Source: an uncultured delta proteobacterium (GTDB lineage Bacteria; Myxococcota_A; Polyangia; Polyangiales; Polyangiaceae). Taken from it: a stretch of DNA of 64,000 nucleotides. The notes beneath the pieces are model-generated. The model saw only the letters and a list, made by a program, of their open reading frames with translations. It searched no databases and was not told the DNA's origin. The stretch lies in NCBI GenBank assembly GCA_963696385.1, contig CAVOKF010000005.1, positions 864,001-928,000 on the forward strand, read 5' to 3'. Position 1 is the first letter of the stretch; every line of letters starts with the position of its first letter. Both the position numbers and the translations under genes were made by a program. Shown here one piece after another: positions 49,720-59,992 of this stretch.

Positions 49720-51147
49720 TCAACAGGCGCGATGGCCCTCGCTCGGAAAAATTTTTCCGGGATTCAAGAGATCCTTCGGGTCGAACGCGCGTTTGATGCC
49801 TCGCTGCAGCGCGATCAGATCGTCGCTCTGCTCGAGACGCAGATAGGCCGCTTTGGACACTCCGATTCCGTGTTCGCCGCTGAGGGTCCCTCCGAAATCG
49901 ATCGTCGCGCGCATCAACCGATCGATCGCGCGGTCCACGGCTTCGCGCTCGGAGTCGTCGTCCCAGAGGAAATTGACATGCAGATTGCCGTCGGCCGCGT
50001 GCCCGTAGGCCAGATGCCGGACGCCGGTTTCGGCTCCGATGTCGTCCACCCGTGCGAGCAGATCGGCGATCCGTGTCCGCGGCACGACGACGTCCTCGCT
50101 CAGTTTGTGACGGGCGAGACGCCGGGTTGCCTTGGACAGCATCCGACGAGCGTCCCACAGTCGGTCGCGCTGCGCCCCGTCGTTGGCCACGACGACGTCG
50201 ACGCACCCAGGGCATGCGCTGGCGACCTCGCCGACACGCAGCAGAGCGCTCTCGGCCGATTCACCGTCGACCTCGATGAGCAGCATCGCGCCCGCGCGTG
50301 CGTCGACCGCCACTCCGGCTGCGCGGACGGCGTCCAGCGTTTTGCGATCGAGTATCTCAAGGCAGCGGGGAACGATACCGCTGCCCACCAGCAGGCCGAC
50401 GGCGTCGGCCGCGCCGCGAACGTCCGAGAACAGCGCGAGCGCCGTGGCGACGAGCGGCGGCTTCGGGATGAGCCGCAGCGTCGCCTCGGCGAAGACGGCG
50501 AGAGTCCCCTCGCTGCCGACGAGCAGCGCCGTCACGTCGTAGCCCGTTACGCCCTTGACGGTGCGCTTGCCGGCACGCACGATTTGGCCTCCCATGAGGC
50601 ACGCTTCGAGGCCCAGCACCCAGTCGCGGGTCACGCCGTACTTGAAGGCTCTCGGCCCGCCCGCGTTCTCGGCCAAATTGCCGCCGATCCGGCAGCTGTC
50701 GAGCGAGTTCGGGTCCGGAGCGTAAAAGAGACCTTCGCGTTCGACGGCCGCGTGAAGGTCGCCTGTAATGACGCCCGGTTCGACCACAGCGATCAGGTTG
50801 GCGCGGTCGATGTCCTTGATCCGGTCCAAGGCATGGGTGGCGAGCACAATGCCACCGGCGACAGGCACCGCCCCGCCGGTGCGACCGGTTCCACCCGCGC
50901 GGGGGGTGACCGGCACGTCGCACGCGTCGGCGATCGCCAGCGTGATTGCGAGATCCGCCGTGCATCGTGCGATGACGACGACGTCGGGTGCCCGACTATC
51001 GACGTCGCTGTCGTCGGTGGCGTACGTGGCGCATGCGTCCGGACTCGTCAGCACTTTGGACGGCCCCAGGCGCCGCTCGAGGTCGATCTTGGCGCGCTCG
51101 ACCGCCGCACGCGTCGGCAGGCGGACGTTGGGTGCCGCGAGGACCAT
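49720..51147 (-). CDS. glcD: FAD-linked oxidase, glycolate oxidase GlcD-like
   Basis: PRAGGTG..GG, VEPGV, YAPDP.S, GGN..ENAGG..AFKYGVT, GSEGTL, EDVVVP, GH.ADGNLH, GEHGIG and LNPGK. Confidence 0.85.
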   Translation of the reverse strand: MVLAAPNVRLPTRAAVERAKIDLERRLGPSKVLTSPDACATYATDDSDVDSRAPDVVVIARCTADLAITLAIADACDVPVTPRAGGTGRTGGAVPVAGGIVLATHALDRIKDIDRANLIAVVEPGVITGDLHAAVEREGLFYAPDPNSLDSCRIGGNLAENAGGPRAFKYGVTRDWVLGLEACLMGGQIVRAGKRTVKGVTGYDVTALLVGSEGTLAVFAEATLRLIPKPPLVATALALFSDVRGAADAVGLLVGSGIVPRCLEILDRKTLDAVRAAGVAVDARAGAMLLIEVDGESAESALLRVGEVASACPGCVDVVVANDGAQRDRLWDARRMLSKATRRLARHKLSEDVVVPRTRIADLLARVDDIGAETGVRHLAYGHAADGNLHVNFLWDDDSEREAVDRAIDRLMRATIDFGGTLSGEHGIGVSKAAYLRLEQSDDLIALQRGIKRAFDPKDLLNPGKIFPSEGHRAC

Positions 51148-51191
51148 GCGGGGGATGGTAGCGCGGACGCTTCCCCCCGAGCGACGCGGCG

Positions 51192-53000
51192 TCACCGGTA
51201 CCCGCTGGCCTGCAGCTCGAACATGTGAGCGTATCGGCCGTGTGCGGCGACGAGCTCGTCGTGCGTGCCTTGCTCGACGATGCGTCCATGGTTCAAGACC
51301 ACGATGCGATCGGCCATTCGGACCGTCGGGAAGCGGTGCGAGATGACGATGGTCGTCCGGCCGCGTGCGAGGGCTCGGAAACGCTCGAACACATGGTGCT
51401 CGGAGTCCGCGTCGAGCGACGCGGTCGGCTCGTCGAGCACGAGGATATCCGCCTCTTGCCGCATGAACGCGCGGGCGAGCGCGATTTTCTGCCACTGTCC
51501 GCCCGACAGCTCCATCCCGTCCTTGAACCAATGACCGAGGGAGGTCTGAAGGCCGTGCGGCAGCGCCGCGATCACCTCGGCGGCCCCGCCTTCCTCCGAG
51601 GCTCGAGCGATGCGCACGTCGTCGTCGAGGTGGTCTACACTGCCGAGTCCGACGTTGTCCCGGGCCGACAGCTGATACTGATTGAAGTCCTGGAAGACGA
51701 CGCCCAAGCGGGCGCGCAGCGTCGACTCGTCCCAACTCGCGATGTCGCGACCGTCGAGCAGCACTCGCCCCTCGGTGGGCTGGTACAGGCCGGTCAGGAG
51801 TTTGACCAGAGTGGTCTTGCCTGCACCGTTGTCGCCGACGAGGGCGAGACTCGTGCCGCGTGGAATGACGAGAGACACGTCGCGAATCGCCCAATCCGGT
51901 TGGCCGGGGTAACGGAACGAGACGCGATCGAACGCAAGGCCCGGCGCACGCTGCGCCGCCACCGTATCGGCGGGCAACCGCGCCGGCGCAGGTGAGGACC
52001 CCGAGTCGAGAAAATCGAACAGGTTCGACATATACAAATTCTGCTCGTAGATGCTTCCAATCGAGCCGATGATGGCTTGGAACGCCTGTTGGCCCTGCCG
52101 AAAGGCCACGACGTAGAGCGTCAGGTTTCCGATCGAGATAGTCCCGCGCGCCGCGGCAAGCGCCATGACCAAATACGCGCCATAGAAAGCCACGGTCGCG
52201 ATCAACGACAGCAGCTGCCCGGCCGCCCGTCGCACCGCCACCGTCCGGTCGTCTTGAAACAATCGGCCCGCCAGATCCCGGTAGCGACCCAGGAGTGGTG
52301 GGCCGAGCATGAAGAGTTTGACCTCCTTCGCGTGCTCGTCGTTCGCGAGGACGTGCTCGAGATAGACGAGTTTCCGCCATTCCTGGGAGCGACGATTCCT
52401 CAGCTGAAAGGTCAGCTTCGATGCCTGCATCTCGGCGGCCGTGGCCGGTATCGTCGCAGCGAGGAGTATCCATACGACCCACGGACTGAAGCGAAGCAGC
52501 AAGGCCGCATACCCCGCGAGCGTGACCACCCCCTGCACCAACCCGAAGCTCTCGCGGACCAGCTGAAGAGGCCGGGTCGACGCCTCGCGCCTGGCGCGCG
52601 TCATCTTGTCGTAAAACTCCGAGTCCTCGAAGGCAGGCAACGGAAGTCCGACGGCCTTCTCGAGGATCGCGATGTTGACATCGATGCCCAAGCGCAGTCC
52701 GAGGATCTGGGTCACGAGGGCGAGCGCTCGCTGAACGACCGTTTGTGCGGCCACCAGGCCGAGCTCGATCGACACCCAGACCATCGTGTCGTGGGCTCTG
52801 CGCGCCACGACGCCGTCGACGATGCGCTTTCCGGCCCAAGCCGTGGATGGGGGCACAAGCGCGGCGGCCACCGTCATGACCATGAGCGTCGCGGTCAGCG
52901 TGGGCGAGGACTGCCACACCATGCGGACGGCCCGCACGGCGTGCCGGGTGCTCCGCCCGGCCTCTTGGAGTCGAGATGTCGCTGCCGGCGCGCCGCTCAC
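51192..53000 (-). CDS. ABC exporter, fused TMD-NBD
   Basis: GDNGAGKT, VVFQDF, LSGGQWQK, LDEPT and ISHR; GTG start overlapping the surA stop. Confidence 0.93.
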   Translation of the reverse strand: MSGAPAATSRLQEAGRSTRHAVRAVRMVWQSSPTLTATLMVMTVAAALVPPSTAWAGKRIVDGVVARRAHDTMVWVSIELGLVAAQTVVQRALALVTQILGLRLGIDVNIAILEKAVGLPLPAFEDSEFYDKMTRARREASTRPLQLVRESFGLVQGVVTLAGYAALLLRFSPWVVWILLAATIPATAAEMQASKLTFQLRNRRSQEWRKLVYLEHVLANDEHAKEVKLFMLGPPLLGRYRDLAGRLFQDDRTVAVRRAAGQLLSLIATVAFYGAYLVMALAAARGTISIGNLTLYVVAFRQGQQAFQAIIGSIGSIYEQNLYMSNLFDFLDSGSSPAPARLPADTVAAQRAPGLAFDRVSFRYPGQPDWAIRDVSLVIPRGTSLALVGDNGAGKTTLVKLLTGLYQPTEGRVLLDGRDIASWDESTLRARLGVVFQDFNQYQLSARDNVGLGSVDHLDDDVRIARASEEGGAAEVIAALPHGLQTSLGHWFKDGMELSGGQWQKIALARAFMRQEADILVLDEPTASLDADSEHHVFERFRALARGRTTIVISHRFPTVRMADRIVVLNHGRIVEQGTHDELVAAHGRYAHMFELQASGYR

Positions 53001-54037
53001 AAGCGAACGTCGATGTAGACGTTTCGGCGTAGCTCCTGGAGCCACTGTTTGCGGGCGCGCTCGAGGCCTTCGAGCAAGGCCCGCTGTGTCATGTCACTCT
53101 TCACGTCTTCGAAGGGGGGTACGCGCGCTTCCCCGAGCGGCATCAGGATCACGATGACCTCCTCCTGGCCGGCGGCCACGGGGATTGGGTCCGAGATCGT
53201 GCCCGGCTTCATCGTGTGGATCGCCTCTTGAATGGGAGCCAGCAGATTGGCAATCGGCTGCGATCCATGCGATCCGCAGGCGTCCTTGGTCGAAACGTCG
53301 TCGCTGTATTGCGCCACGAGCCGGCAGAAGTCTTCCCCGTCGCGCGCACGTGCAACGATCTCTTGCGCGAGCGCGGTCCGCGCTTCCAGCTGAAGCTTGG
53401 TCGCCATCGGGGGTACGCGAAGCGCGAGGATCCGGACGTCGACCGGCTCCTGGTCTCTCAACTGTTGAACCCAGTGTTGGTATGCGGTCCGCGCGTCGTT
53501 GTCGGTGACGCGAACCCGCGGACGCACTCGCAGTTCAACGAGCTTTCCCTCGAGAATTTGCCTTCGAATTTCGTCGCGGAAGTCTTGCTCGCTCATGCCC
53601 CGCCGGTGCACTTCTTCGAAGACATCGGCCGGCGTCACCGAGCGGCCTTGCTGAGCTTGCGCTTGCGCCGCGATGTTCTCGATCCCTCGATCGATCTCTT
53701 CCGGCGTGACGGTGATGTGCGATCGGTCGGCGTGCTGTTCCTCGAGGCGATCGTCGATCATCCGATCGAGCACCTCCTTGTACATTTCCTGTTCTTGCAC
53801 ACTGATCACGTTCGTGTCGCGGGTCTGCATGCGGATCTGAACCCGCCCGGCCTGAGCCCTGTGCAGGAGATCCGTCCAGAGAACGGGTCGCTCGCCAATG
53901 ACGGCGACGACGCGCTCGATGATCGTGGCATGCGCCTGCCCGGCACCGAGGAGGGCGGCCGCCATGGCCAACGCGGTGAGGTGCCGAGCAAGCTTCACGG
54001 AGGGCATCGTCGTTCCCCGTGACGCGGGCTCCGTCAT
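52997..54037 (-). CDS. surA: SurA-like chaperone/parvulin PPIase
   Basis: Signal peptide; [23 protein letters not shown]...YSDD and [13 protein letters not shown]. Confidence 0.85.
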   Translation of the reverse strand: MTEPASRGTTMPSVKLARHLTALAMAAALLGAGQAHATIIERVVAVIGERPVLWTDLLHRAQAGRVQIRMQTRDTNVISVQEQEMYKEVLDRMIDDRLEEQHADRSHITVTPEEIDRGIENIAAQAQAQQGRSVTPADVFEEVHRRGMSEQDFRDEIRRQILEGKLVELRVRPRVRVTDNDARTAYQHWVQQLRDQEPVDVRILALRVPPMATKLQLEARTALAQEIVARARDGEDFCRLVAQYSDDVSTKDACGSHGSQPIANLLAPIQEAIHTMKPGTISDPIPVAAGQEEVIVILMPLGEARVPPFEDVKSDMTQRALLEGLERARKQWLQELRRNVYIDVRL

Positions 54038-54432
54038 CGCTTGCTGTACTGGAAGCGCTTGCGCGCGCCAGGGCGCCCGTACTTCTTACGCTCCTTCTTT
54101 CGCGCATCGCGCGTGAGGAAGCCGGCGCGCTTGACCGCACCTCGTTTCTCCGGGTCGAACGCGATGAGCGCTCTCGAAATACCGTGGCGCATCGCCTCGG
54201 CCTGTGCGCTCTTGCCGCCGCCCACGCAGGTCGCCCACACGTCGAACTGGTCCTGCGCTTCGATGAGTTCAAGCGCCTGACGAAGAACCATTCGGGACGT
54301 CTCGCGCTCGAAGTACTCGTCGACCGGGCGGCCGTTGACGACGATCGTGCCGGTTCCCGGCTTCAACCAGACGCGCGCGATGGCGGTTTTTCGTTTGCCG
54401 GTGGCGTAGGTGCGGGTGTCTGCGGTGGCCAT
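54034..54432 (-). CDS. rpsI: 30S ribosomal protein S9
   Basis: [22 protein letters not shown] and [24 protein letters not shown]. Confidence 0.98.
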   Translation of the reverse strand: MATADTRTYATGKRKTAIARVWLKPGTGTIVVNGRPVDEYFERETSRMVLRQALELIEAQDQFDVWATCVGGGKSAQAEAMRHGISRALIAFDPEKRGAVKRAGFLTRDARKKERKKYGRPGARKRFQYSKR

Positions 54433-54442
54433 GTTCACTCGT

Positions 54443-54952
54443 TTACGATTGCGGCGGTCGCGGAGCGGACTGCTGCGGGCCCACGATCAGGGGCTTGGGC
54501 TGTTGCGCGCCATGAGGGTGGTCAGGGGTCGTGTAGATTTTTAGCTTGGTGAGCATCTGGCGGCCGAGAACTCCCTTGGGAAGCATGCCGCGCACAGCCT
54601 TCTCGACCGGGAACGTCCCTTTTCGAGCAAGCAGATGCCGATAGCTTTCGCTCCGGAAGCCGCCCGGGATGCCCGAGTGGTGGTAGTAAAACTTCTTGTC
54701 GAGCTTTCCGCCGGTAAGCGCCACCTTGTCGGCGTTCACGACGATCACGAAGTCGCCTGTATCCTCGTGCGGCGTGTACTGCGGCTTGTGCTTGCCTCGC
54801 AAGACATGGGCCACCTGACTTGCGAGGCGCCCGAGAGGCTTGCCCGTCGCGTCGACCACCCACCACGAACGCGACCCTTGGGCCTGCGCTTTGGTCATGA
54901 CGTAGGTTCGCTGGGAACCGCGCGAAGGAGATTGCGGCTGCGTGGAATCCAT
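54443..54952 (-). CDS. rplM: 50S ribosomal protein L13
   Basis: [42 protein letters not shown] and HPH.AQQP. Confidence 0.98.
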   Translation of the reverse strand: MDSTQPQSPSRGSQRTYVMTKAQAQGSRSWWVVDATGKPLGRLASQVAHVLRGKHKPQYTPHEDTGDFVIVVNADKVALTGGKLDKKFYYHHSGIPGGFRSESYRHLLARKGTFPVEKAVRGMLPKGVLGRQMLTKLKIYTTPDHPHGAQQPKPLIVGPQQSAPRPPQS

Positions 54953-55018
54953 GGAAGCTCGACCGGTGGCTGTGGCGGCGGACGCTCGTGAGCCCCCACG
55001 AAAGTCGGAGGGCCGCGG

Positions 55019-55047
55019 AACCTACGTGGGCCTCGTCCGCCTGTCAA
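55019..55047 (-). promoter_or_regulatory. Putative sigma70 promoter of rplM-rpsI
   Basis: TTGACA-N17-TAGGTT on the minus strand. Confidence 0.65.
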
Positions 55048-55121
55048 GCGACTGTACTTCGACTCGACCCCGAGAGCGACCGCAACTGCCCGCCGCGCCG
55101 AGCCTCCGACTCCAACCTACC

Positions 55122-55859
55122 TTAGAAGCCGCCGTCGGGACGCCACTTCGGAACGTCGAGGGGGCCGGGTCGGTCGTGGAGCAACTCGTGCGGAGCGAAG
55201 GCGGCTTTGTAGGCGAGCGACGCGCACCCCGCGACACGATATCCGAGGTAGACGTGTGCTCGGCTACCCGCTCTTGCGTCGTCGATGAGCGCGACCACGT
55301 TGGCCGTGCCGAGCGAAAGACGGGCGTAATCCGGATCGTAAAAGAAAAAGGCGGCCGAGAGCGCGCGCGCCGTCATGTCGAAGAGCCCGACACCGACCAG
55401 CGCGCCGTCTGCGTCGTCGTCGTAGTAGGCCGCCTCGCGAGCGCATGGATGCTGGAAGCCGAGCTCCAGTTCGTAACGCTCGCGTGTCTGCGGGTTGGCT
55501 TCCCACCCACGCGCGCTCTCGCGGTTGGAGTGCCACTTTGCGTAGAGCGCAAGGCGAGCGTCGTCGACCCGGGGGGCGCCCACCACCCGGCGCAGCTGCG
55601 CGCAGGCGCGTTGGGCTCGCCGCTGGCCTTTGGTGGGCGCGAAGCGAGCGACGTCGACGCGTAAGCTCACGCATTCCGCGCACGCGGCGCAGGCGGGGCG
55701 GAAGTAGATCGGTCCGAAGCGACGCCATCCGCGTTCGAGCAGCCCGTCCATTTCGTGGACGCCCACTTCGAGCATCACGCGCACCTCCAGGCTCGCCCGC
55801 CGATCGGGCAAGTAGCTGCACGGGCGAGGCTTCTCGATGAACCGCTCGAGGGTACGCAT
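55122..55859 (-). CDS. bpt: ATE1-like aminoacyl-tRNA-protein transferase (bacterial Bpt family)
   Basis: PCSYLP, GWRRFG..FRP.C..C..C.SLR, LSA..FYDPD...SLGT and YLGY.V.GC..L.YK..F.P.E. Confidence 0.88.
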   Translation of the reverse strand: MRTLERFIEKPRPCSYLPDRRASLEVRVMLEVGVHEMDGLLERGWRRFGPIYFRPACAACAECVSLRVDVARFAPTKGQRRAQRACAQLRRVVGAPRVDDARLALYAKWHSNRESARGWEANPQTRERYELELGFQHPCAREAAYYDDDADGALVGVGLFDMTARALSAAFFFYDPDYARLSLGTANVVALIDDARAGSRAHVYLGYRVAGCASLAYKAAFAPHELLHDRPGPLDVPKWRPDGGF

Positions 55860-55988
55860 GGGCAGGCGATCCGGCGCGCTCCCATGGGCGCGCGCCGAAG
55901 GGGGCGGGGTCGAATCTAAGCGTAGCGCCACCCTGGCGCATTGGCGCGGTCGTTCGCGAGGCTCGTGCTAGTCTGCCGCGCCGGCACG

Positions 55989-57077
55989 TTGATTACGCCC
56001 GTCTCCGAGAGCCCGCCGACGTACAGCATCGTCGTGCCCGTCTTCAACGAAGAGGGCAATGTCGAGGCTCTTGCCGCCCGCGTCGTCGCCACGATGGACA
56101 AAGTCGGGGCGCCGTTCGAGTTGCTTTTCGTAGACGATGGATCGCGCGATCGGACGCCCGAGCGGCTTCGGCAGCTTGCGGGCCGAGACCCACGAGTCAA
56201 AGTCGTCCGATTCACACGCAACTACGGCCAGGAGGCGGCGGTCGAGGCAGCTTACCTGAACGCTCGCGGGCGCTGGATCATCCAGATGGATGGCGATTTA
56301 CAGCACCCCCCCGAGGAGGTCCCGAAACTCATCGCCAAGCGTGACGAGGGCTACGACGTCGTCTACGGCTTGCGCCAGGACCGCCAGGACTCGATTTTCC
56401 GCGTCGCGGCTTCGCATGCCATGCAGTGGGGCATGCGCTCGATGATGGAAGTCGAGCTTCCCGACGACGTGTCGACCTTCCGCTTGATGAGCGCCCCCAT
56501 CGCTCGAATGGTTGCCGCGTTGCCGGAACGGCGCAAGTTCTTCAGCGCGCTCATCGTCTGGAGCGGAGCCCGAATCGGCGCGGTGAAGGTCGCGCATGCC
56601 CCGCGGCACACGGGCGCCACCCACTACAGTTTCACCAAGCTCCTCAACCATACGTTCGACCTCATCGTCGGCTTCACCAGCAAGCCGCTTCGCTACATCG
56701 GCTCTCTCGGCCTCGCGTTCGCCGTCATCGGCCTGGTGCTCGGTGGATGGGTAATCGCACGCAAGCTGCTCTGGGATTACGGCATCATGGGCTGGCCTTC
56801 GCTGTTCGCAGGCGTCGTGATTCTCGGCGGCATGCAACTGATGGCGACGAGCGTCATCGGAGAGTACATCGCGCGCATCTACATCCAGGCTCAGGCCCGA
56901 CCTCTTTACAACGTTGCAGAAAGGTTGAACTTTCATCCGTCTGATGCGCGCGACGAGCTGCAGCGGGTGTCGGTGATGCCGAACGATCCCTTGCCTGATC
57001 CATCCGGAACCCCGACTTCGCCTGTGAGCAAGACTCTGGCGTCGCCGTCGACGGCGCTCGTGGATGAGGCCTCTTGA
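55989..57077 (+). CDS. GT2 polyprenyl-phosphate glycosyltransferase (ArnC/GtrB-like)
   Basis: SIVVPVFNEE, VDDGSRD, RNYGQ, MDGDLQHPPE, two C-terminal TMs and IGEYIARIY..RPLY; start uncertain. Confidence 0.92.
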   Translation: MITPVSESPPTYSIVVPVFNEEGNVEALAARVVATMDKVGAPFELLFVDDGSRDRTPERLRQLAGRDPRVKVVRFTRNYGQEAAVEAAYLNARGRWIIQMDGDLQHPPEEVPKLIAKRDEGYDVVYGLRQDRQDSIFRVAASHAMQWGMRSMMEVELPDDVSTFRLMSAPIARMVAALPERRKFFSALIVWSGARIGAVKVAHAPRHTGATHYSFTKLLNHTFDLIVGFTSKPLRYIGSLGLAFAVIGLVLGGWVIARKLLWDYGIMGWPSLFAGVVILGGMQLMATSVIGEYIARIYIQAQARPLYNVAERLNFHPSDARDELQRVSVMPNDPLPDPSGTPTSPVSKTLASPSTALVDEAS

Positions 57078-58309
57078 CTCGCATCGTGATCGTGGGATGC
57101 GGATTCCCGCAGCTGTCGCTCGTGCGGCAGGCCAAGCGGCGGGGACTCTTCGTCATCGGAGCCGATGCCAACCCGCTCGCGGTGGCGGTTGCTTATTGCG
57201 ACGCGTTTTTCCAAGTGTCGACGAGCGATGTCGAAGCCGTACTCGACCTAGTGCGACGAGCGCGAGCGGACGCCATCACCACGACCGGCAGTGAAGTGTC
57301 GCTCAAGACGACGGCGTCGGTCGCGGCGCGCCGGGGTTTGCCGTTTTACGCCGATTCCGAGACGGTGCGCCGGTGCCAGGAAAAGGATGCCATGCGCGAC
57401 GCTTACGCGGCGGCCGGGCTGACCGTGCCTTCGTTTGCCCGGTGCGAGTCGTTCGAGCAGGCGCGCGATTTCGCGCATCGCACCGACTATCCGCTCGTCG
57501 TAAAGCCCTCCCGAGGGTGGGGCCAAAGGGGCGTTGCCCGTGTCGAGAACGATAGCGAGCTCGACGGCGCCTTCGGCGAAGCGCATGCGCATTCGGCACG
57601 TGCCGGTCTGCCCGTCGTCATCGTCGAAGAATGGCTCGAGGGTCGCGAGTTTTCGGTCAATGGATGGATCGAGGACGGCCGGCTCGAGAGCTACTGCGTT
57701 ACGGAGCGCATGACTTTGCCCGGATGCAAGCCTCTTGGCGTGATGATCGCGGAAATGGCTCCGTCCGGCCTCACGCCGAGCGACGAGGGGCGCGTCGTGG
57801 ACGAAGCAAGGCGCGGTGCGGCCGCGCTCGGGCACACGCGCGGCCCGTGCTATTCGCAGGTCGCGTTGGGCCGGCGAGGTTGCGTCTTGTTCGAGACCGC
57901 CGCGAGACTCGGGGGCGGTTTCGATGGCGACGTCACTCGTCTCTTCTCCGGCGTGGACCTCTACGATCGGGTGCTCGGCGTGGCATTGAACGATCCCGCG
58001 TTGGAGCGGCAGGGCGCGACCGGCCCCGCACGCGCCGCCGCGATCGCCCAATTTTTGATCGCCCGGCCGGGCGTCGTGCGTGCCGTGAGGGGCCTCGACG
58101 CCGCGCGCGCGGCATCGGGCGTCGAGGACGCGCAGTGCTTCGTCCCGGTGGGCGGCCGGGTGCTGCCGCTGACCGACAGCGCGAAGCGTGCGGGATACGT
58201 TCTGGTGCATGGCTCGTCGCGGCGAGAGGCCATGGCACGCGCCGACCGTGCGCTCGCGCTTCTCGGCGTGGACACGTGCGAGGAACCTCGCCCGGGGGCA
58301 ACCGCTTGA
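57074..58309 (+). CDS. ATP-grasp domain protein
   Basis: EKDAMR, YPLVVKP..G.GQRGV, IVEEWLEGREFSV and FETAARLGG. Confidence 0.88.
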   Translation: MTRIVIVGCGFPQLSLVRQAKRRGLFVIGADANPLAVAVAYCDAFFQVSTSDVEAVLDLVRRARADAITTTGSEVSLKTTASVAARRGLPFYADSETVRRCQEKDAMRDAYAAAGLTVPSFARCESFEQARDFAHRTDYPLVVKPSRGWGQRGVARVENDSELDGAFGEAHAHSARAGLPVVIVEEWLEGREFSVNGWIEDGRLESYCVTERMTLPGCKPLGVMIAEMAPSGLTPSDEGRVVDEARRGAAALGHTRGPCYSQVALGRRGCVLFETAARLGGGFDGDVTRLFSGVDLYDRVLGVALNDPALERQGATGPARAAAIAQFLIARPGVVRAVRGLDAARAASGVEDAQCFVPVGGRVLPLTDSAKRAGYVLVHGSSRREAMARADRALALLGVDTCEEPRPGATA

Positions 58310-59130
58310 CGACCCAGGCCAACGGGACCGGCTCCCCCGGCGTTTGGCAGCTCTTGAGAGAGCGAGCTTCGCGCGACGCTCTGTACGGCGTCGCGTCGTA
58401 TTGGGATGCGCGGGCATCCGCTCGCGGGGGCATGGCGCGATCGCTCTGGCCTTCGAATGCCTTCAACGTCGTGTGGGACGCGCGGCAACGATCGCTTCTC
58501 ATCCGGTCGCTCGGGTCTGTGGAAGGCAAGCGCGTCGTCGACATCGGGTGCGGTACGGGACGCATGGTCCGGTTCCTGTCCGAAGAGTGCGGGGCAGCCC
58601 ACGTGGTCGGAGTCGACTTCTCGCCGGCCACGGTCGGAGCCGCGCGCGACGAATCCGCGGCCCTTCTGTCGTCGGGGCTCGTGCGCTACGAGCGCGGTGA
58701 CGTGGTGGCCGGTCTCGACGCGATCGGCGTCGGTCAATTCGACGATGCCGTGGTCCTCGGCTGCCTGTCGGTGGCGTGCTGCGACGCGGCGTCGCTCGAG
58801 CGCGCGATCGGCAACGTCGCGCGATTGGTTCGCGGGGGGGGCCGTGTGTTGTTGCTGGAGCCGATCCATCGTTCGCCGATGTTGCGGCGTGTCCTGGGCC
58901 TCGGCCTCGAAGAATGGATCGTCGCCGCGAATCGCGCCGGCCTGCTGCTTCGCGCGGCCGATCGAATGGGGTTCGTACCGGTCCGGGCGCTGCTGAGCGT
59001 GCGCGATCTTCCCGGCCCCTTGGTCCGTCCGATGTTCTCCGCAGGAGAGTCGCTCCTCGACTCGGCGCCCTGGTTGTCGTTTCTGTCCGACTACAAGCTG
59101 CTGCTGTTCGAACGGATCCCATTCGCGTGA
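58306..59130 (+). CDS. Class I SAM-dependent methyltransferase
   Basis: YWDARA, VVDIGCGTGR, GVDFS and VRGGGRVLLLE; TTGA overlap. Confidence 0.88.
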   Translation: MTTQANGTGSPGVWQLLRERASRDALYGVASYWDARASARGGMARSLWPSNAFNVVWDARQRSLLIRSLGSVEGKRVVDIGCGTGRMVRFLSEECGAAHVVGVDFSPATVGAARDESAALLSSGLVRYERGDVVAGLDAIGVGQFDDAVVLGCLSVACCDAASLERAIGNVARLVRGGGRVLLLEPIHRSPMLRRVLGLGLEEWIVAANRAGLLLRAADRMGFVPVRALLSVRDLPGPLVRPMFSAGESLLDSAPWLSFLSDYKLLLFERIPFA

Positions 59131-59897
59131 CCCTCGCGACGACGGCACTCCTTTTTATGGCGGCCGCCATCGGCGGAGCCATCAACTCCGTCGCGGGCGG
59201 GGGGAGCTTCGTGGCGTTTCCGGCCTTGCTTTTCGCAGGGGTTGCGCCGGTTCCCGCGAATGCGACGAACACCATCGCGCTGTGGCCCGGCAGTGTCGCG
59301 AGTGCCCTCGCGTACCGGCGGGAGCTCGCTGAGGTGCGCGGGGAGCTCGTTGCCTTCGGAGTCGCAAGTCTCGCGGGTGGCCTCGTCGGGTCGCTGCTTC
59401 TGCTGGGTACGTCCAACCAGACGTTCGTCCTGCTCATCCCGTGGCTGCTGTTCTTCGCCACGCTTCTCTTCTCGTTCGGTGGCACGGTGGCCCGCCGCCT
59501 CGCGCGCGGCGCTCGTGCATCGGTCGGCGTCGCAGTCGCCACGCAACTCGTGATCAGCGTGTACGGGGGCTACTTCGGCGGGGGCATGGGAATCATGATG
59601 CTGGCCGTCCTTTCGCTCCGAGGCATGACCGACATTCACCGGATGAATGCCCTGAAGACGTTTCTCGCTACGCTCATCAACGGCGTCGCGGTCGTGGCGT
59701 TCGTCGTGGCGGGCGCAGTGGCCTGGGAGCCGGCCGCGGTCATGATCGTCGGAGGCATCCTCGGCGGGTACGCCGGCGCCGCGGTGGCTCGTCGCATCCG
59801 TCCTGCACACGTGCGTACGATGGTGCTGGTCGTGGCCTGGACGATGACGGTGTACTTCTTCGTCCGGACGTACTGGCCCCGTCCTCCCATCGTGTGA
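59127..59897 (+). CDS. TauE/SafE-family (TSUP) transporter
   Basis: INSVAGGGSFV.FP, ANATN..ALWPG, YGGYFGGGMG and NALK. Confidence 0.9.
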   Translation: MTLATTALLFMAAAIGGAINSVAGGGSFVAFPALLFAGVAPVPANATNTIALWPGSVASALAYRRELAEVRGELVAFGVASLAGGLVGSLLLLGTSNQTFVLLIPWLLFFATLLFSFGGTVARRLARGARASVGVAVATQLVISVYGGYFGGGMGIMMLAVLSLRGMTDIHRMNALKTFLATLINGVAVVAFVVAGAVAWEPAAVMIVGGILGGYAGAAVARRIRPAHVRTMVLVVAWTMTVYFFVRTYWPRPPIV

Positions 59898-59992
59898 TGG
59901 GGGCGGCAGCGCCGCCCACCCGGTGCGATCGCGATTCGATTTTTGCCGACGTGGCCCCCGCGCCCCGCTCGCGGCATGGAATCTCGGAACAT

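Noticed and set aside
49720..52917. 1065-aa ORF as a GlcD fusion
   Set aside because: The N-terminal ~590 aa is an Arg-rich alternative frame over the ABC transporter; homology starts at ATG 51147.
59901..59917. Intrinsic terminator after the TauE gene
   Set aside because: A 7-bp GC stem with no adjacent U-tract; may be chance.
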